Assembly (NCBI RefSeq): GCF_032062105.1
Contig: NW_026928331.1
Location: 62,001-126,000, forward strand
Length of the DNA stretch: 64,000 bases
Reading direction: 5' to 3'
Source: Saccostrea cucullata
Taxonomy: Eukaryota
Shown here in pieces: positions 36,501 to 51,100 of the stretch. The translations under genes were made by a program, and so were the position numbers. The notes below the pieces were generated by a model. The model searched no databases, was not told where the DNA came from, and saw only the letters and a list, made by a program, of their open reading frames with translations. How positions within the stretch are numbered: position 1 is the first letter of the stretch; each line of letters begins with the position of its first letter.

Positions 36501-39500
36501 ATCCTACAGCCATTAAAGATATCATTCTAGCTGAATATCTGAATCCTGAAAAAAATTATATTAAAAGTATCTTAATTCAAGAAAACATGAAAAACATTTC
36601 TTTTAAACACTTGAAATAAATATTTTTAGATAGTGAATCACATAATAATAAGGATTAAAACAGTGACATCTACATTGTTTACCTAAACGATATAAAATAT
36701 ACAATTGAATAAAGAACATTATTTTAACAACACACACTTTCAATGCATACTATGCATACTAACCTTTCTCCCTTCTGTAGAATATTTTTTCGGAGAGAGA
36801 TTTCAAACGCAAAATGATTTTATTCTTCATACCCTCAGGGGGCCTGCATTTGAAAATAAAATATATATATATATATATATATATATTCGACGCTACTTAT
36901 ATACATATCCTGTTAATAATGTATTCATTTGAAAACATATGAAAACATTCTCAAATAGGGGGAAAATGAAGATTTTTTCATCTATTAGAAAAAATTAATC
37001 TTTACAAAGGAGACGTTCAAAATCCATTGAAAATTGTTAATTAAGAAAAATTACTTGAACAAAAGAAACTCCTTATATTTATCAAGAAATAAGGTCATCA
37101 ATCAAGTAAAAACCAAAACAAACAAAGAAAAGAAAAATTATCAAAACTCACGGTGGAGGGGGATCTGGTTTAATGAACAGTTTCCTAACATGATTGCCCT
37201 GATACGATTTCCTTATGGATTCATAAAGATCATCACTGCTTTCAAAGTCAACAGCAAGTTTTATTTTTTTCCTCGGTTTGACGATGGAAATAATAAATCT
37301 GGCGGGTAGGCTAAAGGTAAGGTACAGATAGCAGATAATTTCCGGCAGCAGCCCGATAATTAGGACCAAATAGGAAATCTGAAAAGGAAGATTTTAATAT
37401 GCATTTACGTACATCTATCAAGATAATAACACTAATTTTACTATCTAAAAGATTTATGAATATATATATTAGCATACAAGTTTTCATATTTGAAATTCCT
37501 TTCTTAAATAAAAAAAAAAAGGTAATTTACTGTGAATGGTTGTTTACAAAAGGAAGTGATGAAGAAATCAGCCGTGAAAACCCATGCAAATATTGTAGCA
37601 ATGAAGTATCCTATTGGACGCTCTGCAGTAATTCCAGCAAACAACGGATAGTAGCCAAGACCGTATATAAACATCGAGGTAAGTGCAACAAACACTGAAA
37701 AAGAAAAGTACAGCATGCTTCTATACTGCAGATTTTAAAAAGACATGCATCAGATATGCAATTGAATGAACAGGTAATTGTGGGCTTCTTTCAATTCAAC
37801 CATGGGGCTGGTTAAACTTCTTTTCACAAATTATATTTATTAATGTTATTTATCATAATATGTAACATAGGAATAAATTGGTAAAACCTCAAAACAATCG
37901 TTCCACTTAAAAATTACCCCACTGCATGATATGTGAAGAGATTATTTGAGGGTTTTACCGATTTTTTATTCCATAGTACACATGATAATATGAATAAGTG
38001 TAATAAATATATGATTAATGAAAACAAAACAAGCCCCGGGGTAGAATATCGTGGAGGAGGGTTGATTGTATTTGGTTGAGAAATCAATTATTATTTTGTA
38101 TAAACATTGCGTTTAATTACATTGTAATTTGCATGTAAGCATAAATTCGACTTTTCTGCACATTAGCAACTACATTTTATAATGTTCAAAATCATTGGTG
38201 ATTCTAATATAATGTCTTTAATATTCAACTGAAAAATACATAAATTGAGTAAAGCAACGTATTATTCATGTTATGTGATGACAACTTCTACCATTTGATT
38301 AAATATGAACGGTGTATGTTTTTAATATTTATCTTCAAAAGCTCTTTTCATCGTTAACCGTAAAGTGTGACTATGAGAGAACTCGACAAAGTCATGAGAA
38401 AGATTTTGGTGTTCAGTAATGGTTATGAAGATTTCTTTATTCCCCACTCAAACTTGATTTTATACGTTCCCAAAATTTTGGATATCAAATGTATTTTTAA
38501 AAAGATTTAGAAAAAGAGCATAATTATAATTGATTGATTGCTTGTATGTTGTTTAACGTCCCTCTCGGGAATGTTTCGCTCATATGGAGAAGCCATCACT
38601 TGCCGGTGGAGAGCTGCAAATTTTGTCTTATACTCGGCACTTAGGGCCATTGAGCAGGAAGGGATCTTTTTCGTGCCAGCACCTACTGCGACACGGGACC
38701 TCAATTTATACGGCCTCATCCGAAGAACCGATATCCATGTGCCACAGTGCGATGCAAAACCACGACATGAGAATCAACTCCTTACTTGGCGACTCTAGAG
38801 CAAACGCTCTAACCACTGCGCCACGCAGACGACAAATAAAAGTAAAATGTTATCTAACAAACCTTTAAGGTATATTGGACCGTTATAGTTGAATGCATAT
38901 TTAGCACTGAATACAATATCGGAACAGAGACGTGCGAGGGTTCCAAATGCAGCAGCATAGGAAAATCTGTGAGATCTCTTGAGAATGTCCATAGGGCTGA
39001 AAAAAAGAAACTTTAGGAAATCAGTTTGGCTGCGTTAGGATTTCAAACGTGTTGCTTTATATTTTTATTATTTACATTTGTACGTTTGGGGTATAAAAAA
39101 AACACCACCTTTCACCAATGGTATAAAAAAGGATAAAGATCGATAAACTGTCAAAATAATAAGTTTACACCGTTGTTTGTATTTTATTTGATGTACTTAC
39201 AATACAATTCCAGGTCGTCCATTTAACACGTGCAGTTTGTGTTTGGTTCTATGTGTTAAAAATGCCAACACTAATGTGGCAATAGCCTGCAATCGAAATA
39301 TGTAAAGCAATGACATATTCATGAAAAACATGTTAGACATCTTTAACAATTTTTTCCATAACCAAATTGATTTGTTCAGAGAACAATCTAAGATTACAAA
39401 TTGATAAATTTATTCATATATAATCCTATTATTATCGTATTTCATATACATATTTCTGAATTATGATTTTTTTTCTTCCTGAAAAAGTAATAGTTACCGC

Positions 39501-40167
39501 TGGAAGAAGTAAGGCTACCCTGAAATTTTGATGGGAATAAAGCACCGGACATATTTCCCTAAAAATAAGTAAATATTTGTTTTAAAAAGAAGCATACAGT
39601 TACAAGCAAAGTCACTAGGAAACTACATGTAATGGTTAAGTCTTGCAAATAGTTATTTTTAATAAAATTATATGAATCACAAAATAAATCACAAAATTCA
39701 CATATTGCTATTGATAAAATATCATACAGTGTATACTTACACATAGGATACGTCATTTGTAAAATTTCAAACGGGGCGAATTCAAAGAATAGCATTGATA
39801 TAATTTCTTAAACAAAACTTATTGGTTCTATATTTGTATGTTGCGAATTAAAAGAATTGGGGCAAAATTGACAAAATATATCAATAAGTGTGAAAATCTT
39901 TGAATTTTAAAAACAATTGAAAAGTTGATTTAAAGCGAAAATAACCCTGTATACAGTATTGCTATTGATAAAATAACATACAGTGTAATACAATTTTACA
40001 CAAATAATTAAATTTGTTTGGCCATCCCACTAAATAAAAACACTCTAATGCTAAGATCACGTCTCACATACATGTATATACGAAATACAGATTAAACCAT
40101 TGAGACCAAGGCCTCTGTGTCCATTTAATGAAAATTGATCATGAAAAGGGGATAGCATTGATGCCAT
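30517..40167 (-). CDS. STRA6L: STRA6-like membrane receptor/transporter, downstream tandem copy (copy A); probably damaged
   Basis: Approximate exons: 39498-39558, 39201-39287 (LNGRPGIV), 38863-38996 (PMDILKRSHRFSYAAAFG), 37530-37694 (YYPLFA), 37151-37378, 36763-36844, 36484-36545 (GFRYSARMI), 36022-36193, 35255-35330, 35028-35108, 34716-34761 (RYAGYQVGYIA, donor lost), 34381-34493, 33324-33426, 32947-33110 (RLFF...FFYNIFIG...RLDHS...FDP), 31406-31549 (GFDAYCGFIHVESTHTNP), 31091-31096, 30882-30905, 30517-30719 (RRKAKWKWLLAFTLVNNPEL). These motifs are characteristic of the STRA6 family. The start exon is uncertain (Kozak-like ACCATGG at 40167). Confidence 0.85.
33549..34361. mobile_element. 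Tc1/mariner-type MITE, perfect 33-bp TIRs, TA TSD
   Basis: TA|CGAGGGTTGATCCAAAAGTTCGTGGAATTTCTT ... AAGAAATTCCACGAACTTTTGGATCAACCCTCG|TA, in an intron of STRA6-like copy A. Confidence 0.85.
34860..35017. repeat. Purine-rich (GA/GGA) low-complexity tract
   Basis: About 155 bp that is almost entirely G/A on the plus strand. Confidence 0.9.
37795..38048. repeat. Long imperfect palindrome (old foldback element)
   Basis: CCATGGGGCTGGTT...GGAATAAATTGGTAAAACCTCAAA pairs with TTTGAGGGTTTTACCGATTTTTTATTCC...AACAAGCCCCGGGG. Confidence 0.55.
38531..38828 (-). mobile_element. tRNA-derived SINE, near full length
   Basis: Minus-strand head CTGCGTGGCGCAGTGGTTAGAGCGTTTGC (A box) and (CAAT)n tail. Homologous to 3134-3407. 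Confidence 0.75.
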
Positions 40168-42154
40168 GGTAGCTTTCTGAAACCAGAAATAATGATTAAA
40201 CAATTTTATTAAAAGGTTGAACTTTAAAAGTTATATTTGTATGTTGTTATCTGTTTGGTGCATGGTTGAAGATTTAGCATTCATTAAAATGACAAAAAAT
40301 ATCATTAGCTCATACATCTAATTATTGACTTTGAATTTTAAAAATAATTGAAAAGTTGATTTAAAGAGTATGAAGACATACTCACCGTTGGAATATAGTA
40401 TCTATAACGTGTGTTTCAGTTTCAAGATCACGACATTTAAACCAATGCGTCGAACAAATAAGCAATTTTAATCTACAAATTATTAAATTTGTTTGGTCAT
40501 CTCACTAAATAAAAGAGTCTAATGCTAAGATCACGTCCCACATATATACGAATTACAGATTAAACCATTGAGACCAAGGCCTCTGTGTCCATTTAATGAA
40601 AATGGATCATGAAAAGGGTTTAAGAAGATTATTGCAATTTGATTCGCCCGAATGGTTAGTTTACTACAGTACATTCAGAGACGCGTGACAGAATAATTAA
40701 TTACACAGTTTCATTTAAAGGTCAAACTTTCAAACTTAGTTTGAAATTTGCCTGTCTGTCTGTCTAGCTGTGTTTCAGGGTATCAAATTTAAGCACTCTG
40801 TAGCCCCAATGAAGACTCAATATTGTATGTGTATTTAAATGTCGAAAAAGCATGTTTTAAAACTTACATTCCAAGAGCAGGTTCATTTAATTAGTTGCTA
40901 TGATTATATGTACATGTAGTGAATACTTGTATCCGATTTATGCTCTGTCGTATGCATGGATTCATCTAATTATAGCATACATAAGGAGTGATTGTAACTG
41001 ATGGACACAAACACTTTTGTTTTTCTGAAGTTCCTTTATTCAAAAAAGAAATGGTCTTATAATTTTGTGTAGATCTGTGCTTTTGGCATATCTGGCTTTT
41101 TTTCCCTATACCAAAATAATACATATAATTTGATTTAAAGTAAAAGATAGGTAGAAGTATAAATATATATATTGTTAAATACTGAATATTTTTATCGCAG
41201 AAAAAGTGTTTTAAGAAATAATTTGTTAAACTGTAGTAATTAAAAATGAAATATCTTTAAGTATTAATTGTATATGTACATAAAAAACGACAGAACAATA
41301 GACAATTTGAAATTTTTATTGGTCAAATAAATGTATGATAAAATACAAATAAAAGAAAATAAATGTAAAATAAAATACAAATAAAAGGGGGAAAATCTAC
41401 TTAAGGGTTTTGTAAAAGGTGTTCTTAAGATACTTTAAATAAAAAAAGTGAAAACATTCAAATAAATTGTCTATAATTTGATATGCAACGATAGTTGATT
41501 TTTCTATTATCGTGACAAAGTTTAATTTATAAATTTGGTACTTTCTATTACAGTTAAATATAAACTTATTACGTGAAAATAAATCAAAATGGTACGTTTG
41601 TTCTGACATGGAAAGCTCTAAAAAAAATCAGATCTTATTCCTTTTGTTAAAAATTAAAGCATACCAAGATAAAACACTCCGTGGATATCACAGGAAATTG
41701 TATAAATCACTGTTTAATTCACTGGTTGTAAAGTGGCATTCAAAAAAATAATAAAAACAAAAACTTGAAATAAAATCATTATAAAATCGGTAGAATGAAA
41801 TTTTCATTCTTCAGAATAAAAATAGAATAACAGATATCCTAAAATGATTGCAAATGCTCTTTTCGATGAAAAGTACAATACTGATTATAAATACGTACAT
41901 AAATGTTTAAAGAAACATGTAATACATATTGCATATTTTTAATGCCAGAATCGAATTTTTCATAAATAAATTGCAGGAAATCTACAAGTACGTAGTTTAC
42001 CCTGTTACTACTTTCAAAGAGTACCTGAGACACAATTGAATATCTAAGTATCAAGATAAATGTTCATCAGATCAATGTATTTCTGTTTTTGAGATACGTA
42101 CGTACATGTATACATGTATACAAGGGAAAAAATTAACAAGCCCATTATTTTCTT

Positions 42155-45100
42155 TTAAAATTTAGTTTCAATACCTCCGCTATCAACGCTATCAACGGGT
42201 ATTGCATACGTGGAAAAGAGAATTTCCTTGACATTTTCGTTGCGCTCCTTTGCAAGGACCAGTCTTCGTTGTAGCGAGAGTTCTGGATTGTTTACAAGAG
42301 TGAAAGCAAGTAACCACTTCCACCTTGCCTTACGTCGTTTTTTGTCTATCATTTCCTGTTTTTCGTCTGTAAAAATAATAATAAACAAGAATGTTACATC
42401 AATAAAAATTTTTGATCTTTTAAGCAAAATAAAGTTCTTTTACAGACACAGGGGAAATTAATTCAATATATTACATGAAAAGAATTAGTTAATAATTGAT
42501 TTTGATACATCAGATTTGTTTAACATTTTGTTTCATTAGATATAGCTATATATCTACTTATTTTTAGAATTTTTCATAAAACACTTCATATTTGGAAAAG
42601 CAAACGAGAGATAATATTACGATTTTGGTGAAATTTGTGGTATCATGTTAGATACCCCCTGTGAAAAAAAGTCCTTTTTACAGGTAATATGGATTGTTAT
42701 TTCAAAAAGCATACAATGCATTTTTCTGTTTAATGGAGGGCCACATATGTTTATAGACAAAACAGTAAAAAATTATTATTTCATAAATCAATTTCGAATG
42801 ACAATGCAAATTTAAAAAAAATGTATTTTATTATAAATGTATTACTTTGAATTTTTATATAATGTTGACAGAAGGTAAGATTTAAATGTCAATCATTCAT
42901 CTATGTGCATATTTGCAATGTTGATGATGTTTCAAAATCTGGTTGTAATGAATAAATTTTCTACCACGCTAATGAAAAAACATAGCGATTTCCTTTTTTG
43001 ACGCTATTTTACAAATTATAAATCATTTTCTTATGATTTCCTTTTTACATTCAAAACATTTAAATGGTCAAAATATATATTCATACTGAAGGTGGGGGTG
43101 AAATGTAGGCGGGAATCGAGAACTAGTGTGCATAGTTCTTTGAATTACCTTGCAGGTGGTGTAATTCTATCATCCACTACATATTTGCTACTACTATGAT
43201 TATATGACCTATATAACATACATTTATAATGTCACTAATATATACTTTCACTAAATAATAGGTTTAACATACACGAAGTTCAGACCAACTATTGTTGTTC
43301 TATAGAAAAATCTCTATTTATTTATATATATTAAGACCTGACATGGATACGTGGTGTCGATACAAACAAACAGTCATTACACATGTTGCTGTTTTTCTAG
43401 CAACTAAATGATATATTCTATTACACTATTGTACATTCACGACAGGATCAAGATAAACTAATTACTGCGTTGTTCAAAGCTGGGAGAGAGCTAGCCAAAC
43501 TAGAGGCGTCAGAATATATGAAATCTTATACATAGACTGCACTCACCTTTTACTGCAATTAAGATATAAAGGAATGAAATACAATGTTTAATTTTAAACA
43601 TGTAACTATATTTTCAGGAGCGAACTGGAGAAAATCGCAAACACATGCGCACTGCTGTAAAATTAGGGGTATAAAATATAAAATCACTAATAATTTGATT
43701 TACGTAAAAATATTAAACAAATATTGTATTGCAACTGTATGCAATTTTTGTAAACATATAAGTATGAATTGTTTGTACAAAGTGTGCTAAAGTATGACAA
43801 ATATTAACATGTATGTTAAACCTTTTACACATGTCACCATTAATACTTAGTTCAGGTTTTAAACATGTGGGACTTACCGAAAGGTATGGCATCGATGTCA
43901 TTCATTTTCTTTCTTTTTAAAGCCGTCAGCGATTCCGCTTGCAAAATACTGATGAAAACCATAGCAACCGGATTTGTGTGTGTACTCTCAATATGCATAA
44001 AACCACAGTATGCATCAAAACCTGCAAAATAATAACAATTTGAAATTGAAAAAGAAAATATTAGAGAAGAATATGCAAGCTACCCAATTATAATATAACA
44101 CGATGTCTTCTATGCAGTATTTCTCCAGCTGCGATTGACAAAAGTCAATAAAAGGAGTTACAACTGTTCCTTTGCCAAACGCTCGACACTCTAAGTTAAA
44201 GTTGCAGATCTTTCAGATGAGACGTTTAATACCAAGACCCCAGGTCAGGCAAGGTGTTGGCACGATAAAGATCCCACCTGCTTAATACCCCTGAGTGTCG
44301 AGTAAAGGACTTAATTCACCCTCTTATATGTGATGTTTCTATATTTGTCAAAATTTCGCAAATGGGACGTGGAATAATGTACAATAAATTAAACATTTTC
44401 CTTATAATGAGAAGGACTGTGATTTTTACCTGGGTCAAATTGCTGAAACTTTCTAGGCAGCACGCTGTGGTCTAGGCGTGGGAGGAAGAGGGCGCCTAGA
44501 ATAATGGACTTTATGATCCTCATCAGACAGGAAATAAGTCCAATGAAAACGTTGTAGAAGAACATGAAGTAGGTAAAAATGAAGAATAGTCGTCTGCAAA
44601 TATAAATACACACAGTTTGTATAAAATTTTCAAAGGTTACAAAGTCTTAAAACACGAAATATATAGTCATAGTGAACAGTTTTCAAGTTCAAAAGTTCAT
44701 TAAACAATATAAAATAAATGCAGAGTAAACACGATATTATTAAACATTATATGTGGCATCAGGTGCCATGGAGAAGTAAGCATCTCTCATCAGTTATAAA
44801 ATGATCCATGATTTGAACTTGTACTTTTTGTTTTTAAAAACTCATTTACTAGTATTCTTGCAAAAAAAGTGGACATCAGGAATTACTGGTATTGCTTTAT
44901 AACAACATTAAAATACCAAGTAATTAGCATTCAATTACCTTCTTGTAACTGGAGTTTTAAATAACTTTTCATCAAATTTAAATATTGTTGTTTTGTTTAT
45001 ATGCATATTCTTGTGTATTACAAAATATAAGGAAAGTCCAAATTTATAAATGTGAAAACTATTTCACTTTCGAGCAGTATTTCATTAACAATTGTCATAT

Positions 45101-48100
45101 TATTTGCTTCAATTTACCTATTTTCCATAGCTAAAATATTGCCATTTTCTTGTAGAAAAACAAACTTGGATAATAAAAGCTGGGCGAAGTTTAAAACCAA
45201 TGACGTCAGTAAAACAGGCCTGAAAGACAATTTATCAACTGAAAGCATAAAATTTTTTATTGAAATTTCCATTTTCCTTTAATCTTGTCCAAAAAAAACA
45301 ATTTTAGAGAATATATTTTATCTTTTTTATGACAAATCGAATATATTGTAGTCAGAGCAAATCTCTCGAACAATAAATTGGTAACTGCTTACCAAAGTCT
45401 CATGATAGTTGATATGATGAAGTCCTTAAGAAATTCCCATAAAGTAATTACTGTTGCTATCGATATTGATACGAGCAAAAGCACGAGAAACTGGATGAAA
45501 AACCCTGAAAAAATGAAGAAAAAATAATTAAACTGTGATAAAATATAGTTCGGCGTCTTTCAGACTCGATTTTATTTCTTTGGTTTGAGAAGGTTGGAAT
45601 AATTGATATTTTGACCCGTTACGGAATGTCCATATGATATATATGGATTTTAGTGTCAAAACTAATTTCAAAAATTGTTTTATTATTCTGTACACCATAT
45701 TTTTTTAAAATAATACCAGAAGGACGTACCCCATCCTATGTATCCCACCTGATAGCCAGCATATCGTACACTCCCAACCTGAAATTACACATCACAGTAA
45801 GAGTGTGGGTCTAAAGTGAAATGCAAGTTCTGGAAAAGGGCAAAGTAATCAAAAGAAATAGAAATAGAGAAAGTCATGATAAATATTTGTAAAAATCATT
45901 AATATTGTGTTTAATTGGCCATTGTACAGCTTTAATGTTAAAAGATTTGAATAACAATACTTTGATGAAGATTGACAATATAATAATAAATTCACACATA
46001 TGTTGTCCCACTCTGATTTTGTGTTTATGTGTATTCAGTATCCATGAAAATAAGGAGCAATATCGCTAATAGAGATGAGATACGGTGTCTGAGAGATTGA
46101 TAAAAAGAGTTGAAAAAGCATTAAACACACCATAAGACTCGCATTGGATTTTTCATTCCTAGGTGTAAGATGTTTAGGTTTTCCTTTGTACAAATTCATT
46201 AAACACCTCCTACAAAATTCATATTATACTTTGAAAATTTAAGATCCAAAGTTTTTGCATTTCGAATCAATAAAATTAGTTCAATCTATTTTATTTTAGT
46301 TTTAGTTTTTAAATTCGAAATTTGAAATTAATTCGAAATCTTTTCTGAGATTTTACACAGAAAAATCTTCTTTATAAGCAATTTATCATAAAAGATATCT
46401 ATTTAATCAGTAAATTATATGTCAAATACCGATAAGATGTCAAATAATGAAACAGAAAGACTGCGTTGATGAGAAAAGCAACCGTTAGAGACGCCAGAAA
46501 GCAACCTAAAACAGAATTAAAAAAAAAAATCATTATCACAAGTTAATAAATAGTAAAAAAAAGTTATGCGTTTTATCTAATAACTTTCTTATTGCTTTGT
46601 TAATCCATTATCACATTTGTTCAGCGAGGAAATGTGCAAACGTGAATTCAAGTAAGATAATACTCACCTCCAAAAGATATTACGAAATAATAACCAAAGT
46701 ATAGTCCTTCTCGAATCGCTGTTATAGCAGGTGATTCCCCTGGCTGCTCATCATATCCTATCACATCAAACTGAGCGATTATTCCATCTTCCAAATATTC
46801 GAAGACTTGGTAGAGACCCAGAAATAAATCTAGAAAAACCTTTTTTCAAAAAATTTAAAAGGAGAATATTAATAGGCTTCCAAAATAAAATAGCTATACT
46901 ATAAATGGAAGGAATTACACGTATTGATGAATCAAAAACTGACTGACTTTTAATATGCTTTGAAGCTTTGGCAAACGTTGAAGAAAAGAAAGAGAAAGGA
47001 GGTGAGTGGATAATTCTAGACTTACTGTGTAGAGTAAGACAAATCCTACGGCGACAACTGTAACCATTCTAGCTGAGTATCGAAATCCTAAAAATTTAAC
47101 ATTAAAAAATGATATAGATGACACACACAAAGAGAGCTTGTTTTCTATTTTGGGGCTAACGTATATGCATAAAATTATCAAAGCATTTTTTAATGCAAAA
47201 TCAAATTTCTTTTTCTTTTCCTTTTTTTATTTGAAAATAAAATTCCTCTGCATATTGCGGGGGACTGTTGAAAACCATGTTTTTCATATTACAAATGAAA
47301 CATATTCTAAAATTTGAAGATACAAAATCAGACTGCAAAAAAGGGGGATCCAGCATTCATCTGTTACGTTAATTATATCCTTTCCACATTTTTTTTTTTA
47401 CTTTTCAAGTCGACTTACCTTTAGATCTTATTAATATCCGTATCTGTTTGCAGTTTGTTTCAATCTTCATTGGTTAAAGTATAAAATATGTTTGTAAAAG
47501 TCCTTAATTACAGTGAAGAGTAAATATACCTTTTTTACGTCTGTAGAATATTTTCTGAGACAGAGATTTCAGAAGAAAAATTATTTTGTCCTTTTTTCCT
47601 TCGGGTGGTCTGCATTCGAAAATAAAAGTAGAGAGAAAATTTTGTTTAGGAGGAGGAGGAGGAAAAAGTTGTCTTAAACTCGTCATACAAATACAATTTC
47701 TAAATAAAACTCTGAATTGGAAAATGTTAATTGGGGACATCTTTGTCTACTTGTTTACATATATTTTCTACTTGCCATATTCTTTCCCCTAAAAATTATG
47801 CAAAAAAATGATCTTTCGTAAAAATCTTTAACGTTTTTACTGAATGATTATGGTAAGTACTTAAAAAAATTAAATATATAGAAATATATATGAACTCACG
47901 GTGGTGGGGATTCTGGTTTTGTGAACAACTTTCTAACATGATTGCCCTGGTATGATTTTCTGATTGATTCATACAGATCATCGCTGCTTTCAAAGTCAAC
48001 AGCAAATTTGTTCTTTTTCCTTGGTTTAACAATAGAAAGGATAAATCTAGCCGGAAGACTGAAGGTAAGATAGAGGTAGCAGACGATTTCCGGTAACAAC

Positions 48101-51100
48101 TTGACAATTAAAATCAAATAGGAAACCTGAAACAAATTAGTAATAATATAGCATTAGGTAAGAAAGAACTCTTTCAACATGATCATTTAATTAGGTACCA
48201 TAATGCATGAAAAAGGTTTTATGCGAAAAGACTGATATAATAGTGTCATAATTATTTTTAAATTTTAGATGAATAATCAAATATAAAATACATACGTTCA
48301 TATTTTGTTCACAGAAGGAGTTGGCGAAGAAATTCGCTGTGAAGGCCCAGGCAAACAGAGTAGCAATAAGATAACCTATAGGACTCTCTGTGGTGATTCC
48401 AGCAAACAACGGATAGTAACCAAGGCCGTATATGAACATCGATGCAAGTGCAATGAACACTGAAAGCAACAAAAAAATTTTCTACACGATACATTAATTT
48501 AAAATCTATAAAAATCATAGGAATATGCTAAGATCGTGCATTATTTGATTAACATGACTTAAAATTTCAAAAATGATAAGTGTATCTAGAACTAGCGTCA
48601 TTTAGAAATTCAAATTTGGCCTTCTAATATTTTTCTATTAAAAAGGTGAGGTAAATAGGTTTTTGAATTTGTTTCCCCACTACCCTAATCTTGTTCATGT
48701 GGCTTCAAAACCAAAAACTGTAGACTTCAATCTAGTTTTCAAATCAGTATAACTTTTGATAACTTAACAAATTTTTATTGTGTTTTTGTATTTGAATAAC
48801 GCACAAAACTTTACATGTTTGAACACACGTGTGATTAAATCAAGATTGTCAATTTCACAATTTTGACTTCTATCCTCCTTTTATGGTCTTGAGACCTAAT
48901 TTTGATACAATGCTCCGTAACTTGTCCTTACATAAAAAATTGAAAAGTGAAATAAAATCCTTTTTTTTTTTGCAATATGATGAATTTTCATTTGGCTTCA
49001 TGTAATACTTAAAAAAGACTTGGTTTCTTAGACTTCATAATTTTTTCGCATGTGTTCTTTAAAATGTGTCAAATCAACTTTGTTCGAGTAATTTCTTAAA
49101 AAATGGAATATTACACAAATCTTGATAGAATAATTGTCAATACGGAATACCGAATCCGAAGTTGTCTTTTTGATATATACGAGACTGAAAAACTGTGAAG
49201 AAAACTGTGAACAAAAATTTAAGAATAAAGTTTTATAAAGATATCATAGAGAATATTAATTCATTAACCAACACACCTTTAAAGTATGTGGGACCGTCAT
49301 AGTTGAATGCATATTTAGCTTCAAACACTATATCGGAGCAGAGACGGGCGAGGGTTCCAAATGCTGCAGCATAGGAAAATCTATGAGACCGCTTGAGAAT
49401 GTCCATTGGGCTGAAAAGAAATATTTCCATCATTTTCTTAGACAATATCTAATAAGCGGTGTTTAAGTCTAAATCACCTGTCAAAGTTAAATTTCTTAGT
49501 CCAAAGGCATTTCTTTTTTAAATTGTACAGGTATGCATTTTTCCGAATGCATTATCAACAATTAATCAAGACCCAATTACCAAAATGTAAGTCAACCTTC
49601 AAATTTAAATCTAAAATTCGGAAACACTTTTTTTCCATATTCCTATAATAAAAGGTTTTATAGGACAAATTTTTAATGCCTCTTGCTAAACAGACAGTGA
49701 GAATATTGAGAAAAATCATATTAAGAAACATGTTTTTAAACTCGAGAGAAAAACGACGTTGGTCTTTTTAATTAGTGGAATAGTGTTCAATCACACAATT
49801 ATGTTTTAATATTGTTGAAAGGATGTCAGAGAAAAAAAACATTTATTCAAACAAATTGATTTTATTGAAATTAATTAATTAAATATTATGATTTGATGTG
49901 AATTTGGTGTGTATAATTTTTCAACGGTTTTTACAATTTCTGAAGAAACTACGAGAAATTGAAAACCACAGTGTAATTTATTGAAAGTAGATATATAAAA
50001 AAATATTTTTCTTAAAATCTTGTTTAAGGCAACTTAAGTTACTTCAACTTTTTTTAGAGATTGCAGATCTTTTATCGTGTTTTTATTTTTTCTTCAATTC
50101 AGTGCAATTTGTAAAAGAAACCACGATGTTTAAAATATTTTGTTTCTAATTGATTCTGGAAACAAGTCTCTCCTTAAATTGGCCAACCTATTCTAAAATC
50201 TTATTAGCTGACTTTATTCAAGATTTCTGGGTGAAATTAAGGTATTGCTGTGGCCTTTGATATGACACAAGATATTTCTACCATGTTTTATCCATTATCA
50301 TGTGGACTCAATATAGCCAGTGAGCTCAATATGCTGTCCTTCCTTCCGTCTGTCTGTACGTCTGTCTGTTACGCTTTGGGGTACCCATCTCTTACCCGCA
50401 ACTCCTCTCATACTACTGAATGAAATTTGATGAAACTTTCGGAGAATCTTTATTACATATTGCCATTGTGCACCTCCTATTTTACTTTTTGATCCGACAC
50501 ATATTTTGGGTTTATAAAAGGTAGCAAAACATGGACACTGCCATCATATACATATGGGAGGAGGGGGTATCATTTAGTGAGCTCATTGCTCAAAGTACCT
50601 CTAGTTTCATACCAGTTTTAGGTTACTGTTTTCTTACGAATTCTAATTTTAGTTTAATTTGTGCTCCGTTGATCTGATCAACCTCGCTTGAAATATATTT
50701 CATATTTTTAAAAGAATATCGGGTAATTGCAATGACAGAGGGATGGATGGGTAGCGTGGGGATTGGGTGCTAGGTCAATCCCACGGCACTGTACTATTCA
50801 AGGCTTTGTTGAGAACTACACAGCTTCCTAGCATTATAATAAATGTTGACTTGATTTTCCTCTCAATTTATGGTCTTTGTGGACTATTCTTCATTTTGTA
50901 TTGCTCTTGGAATTTACAGTGTATGATATTTTTTTAAATTGTCTTTGCTATTTAGATTCCTTGAACTTTGGGGTAAAATATCTGTAAATACACATATACA
51001 TCTAAATTGTATTTCTTCTGATTCTCAAGCTTCACAAAAGTATGTTGTTTTCTTCAATGCAAAGTATACTCACAATATAAGTCCCGGTCTTCCATTTAAC

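Noticed and set aside
38790-38830. tRNA gene
   Set aside because: Only an A-box-like head is present, continuous with a repeated SINE body and tail. No full cloverleaf.
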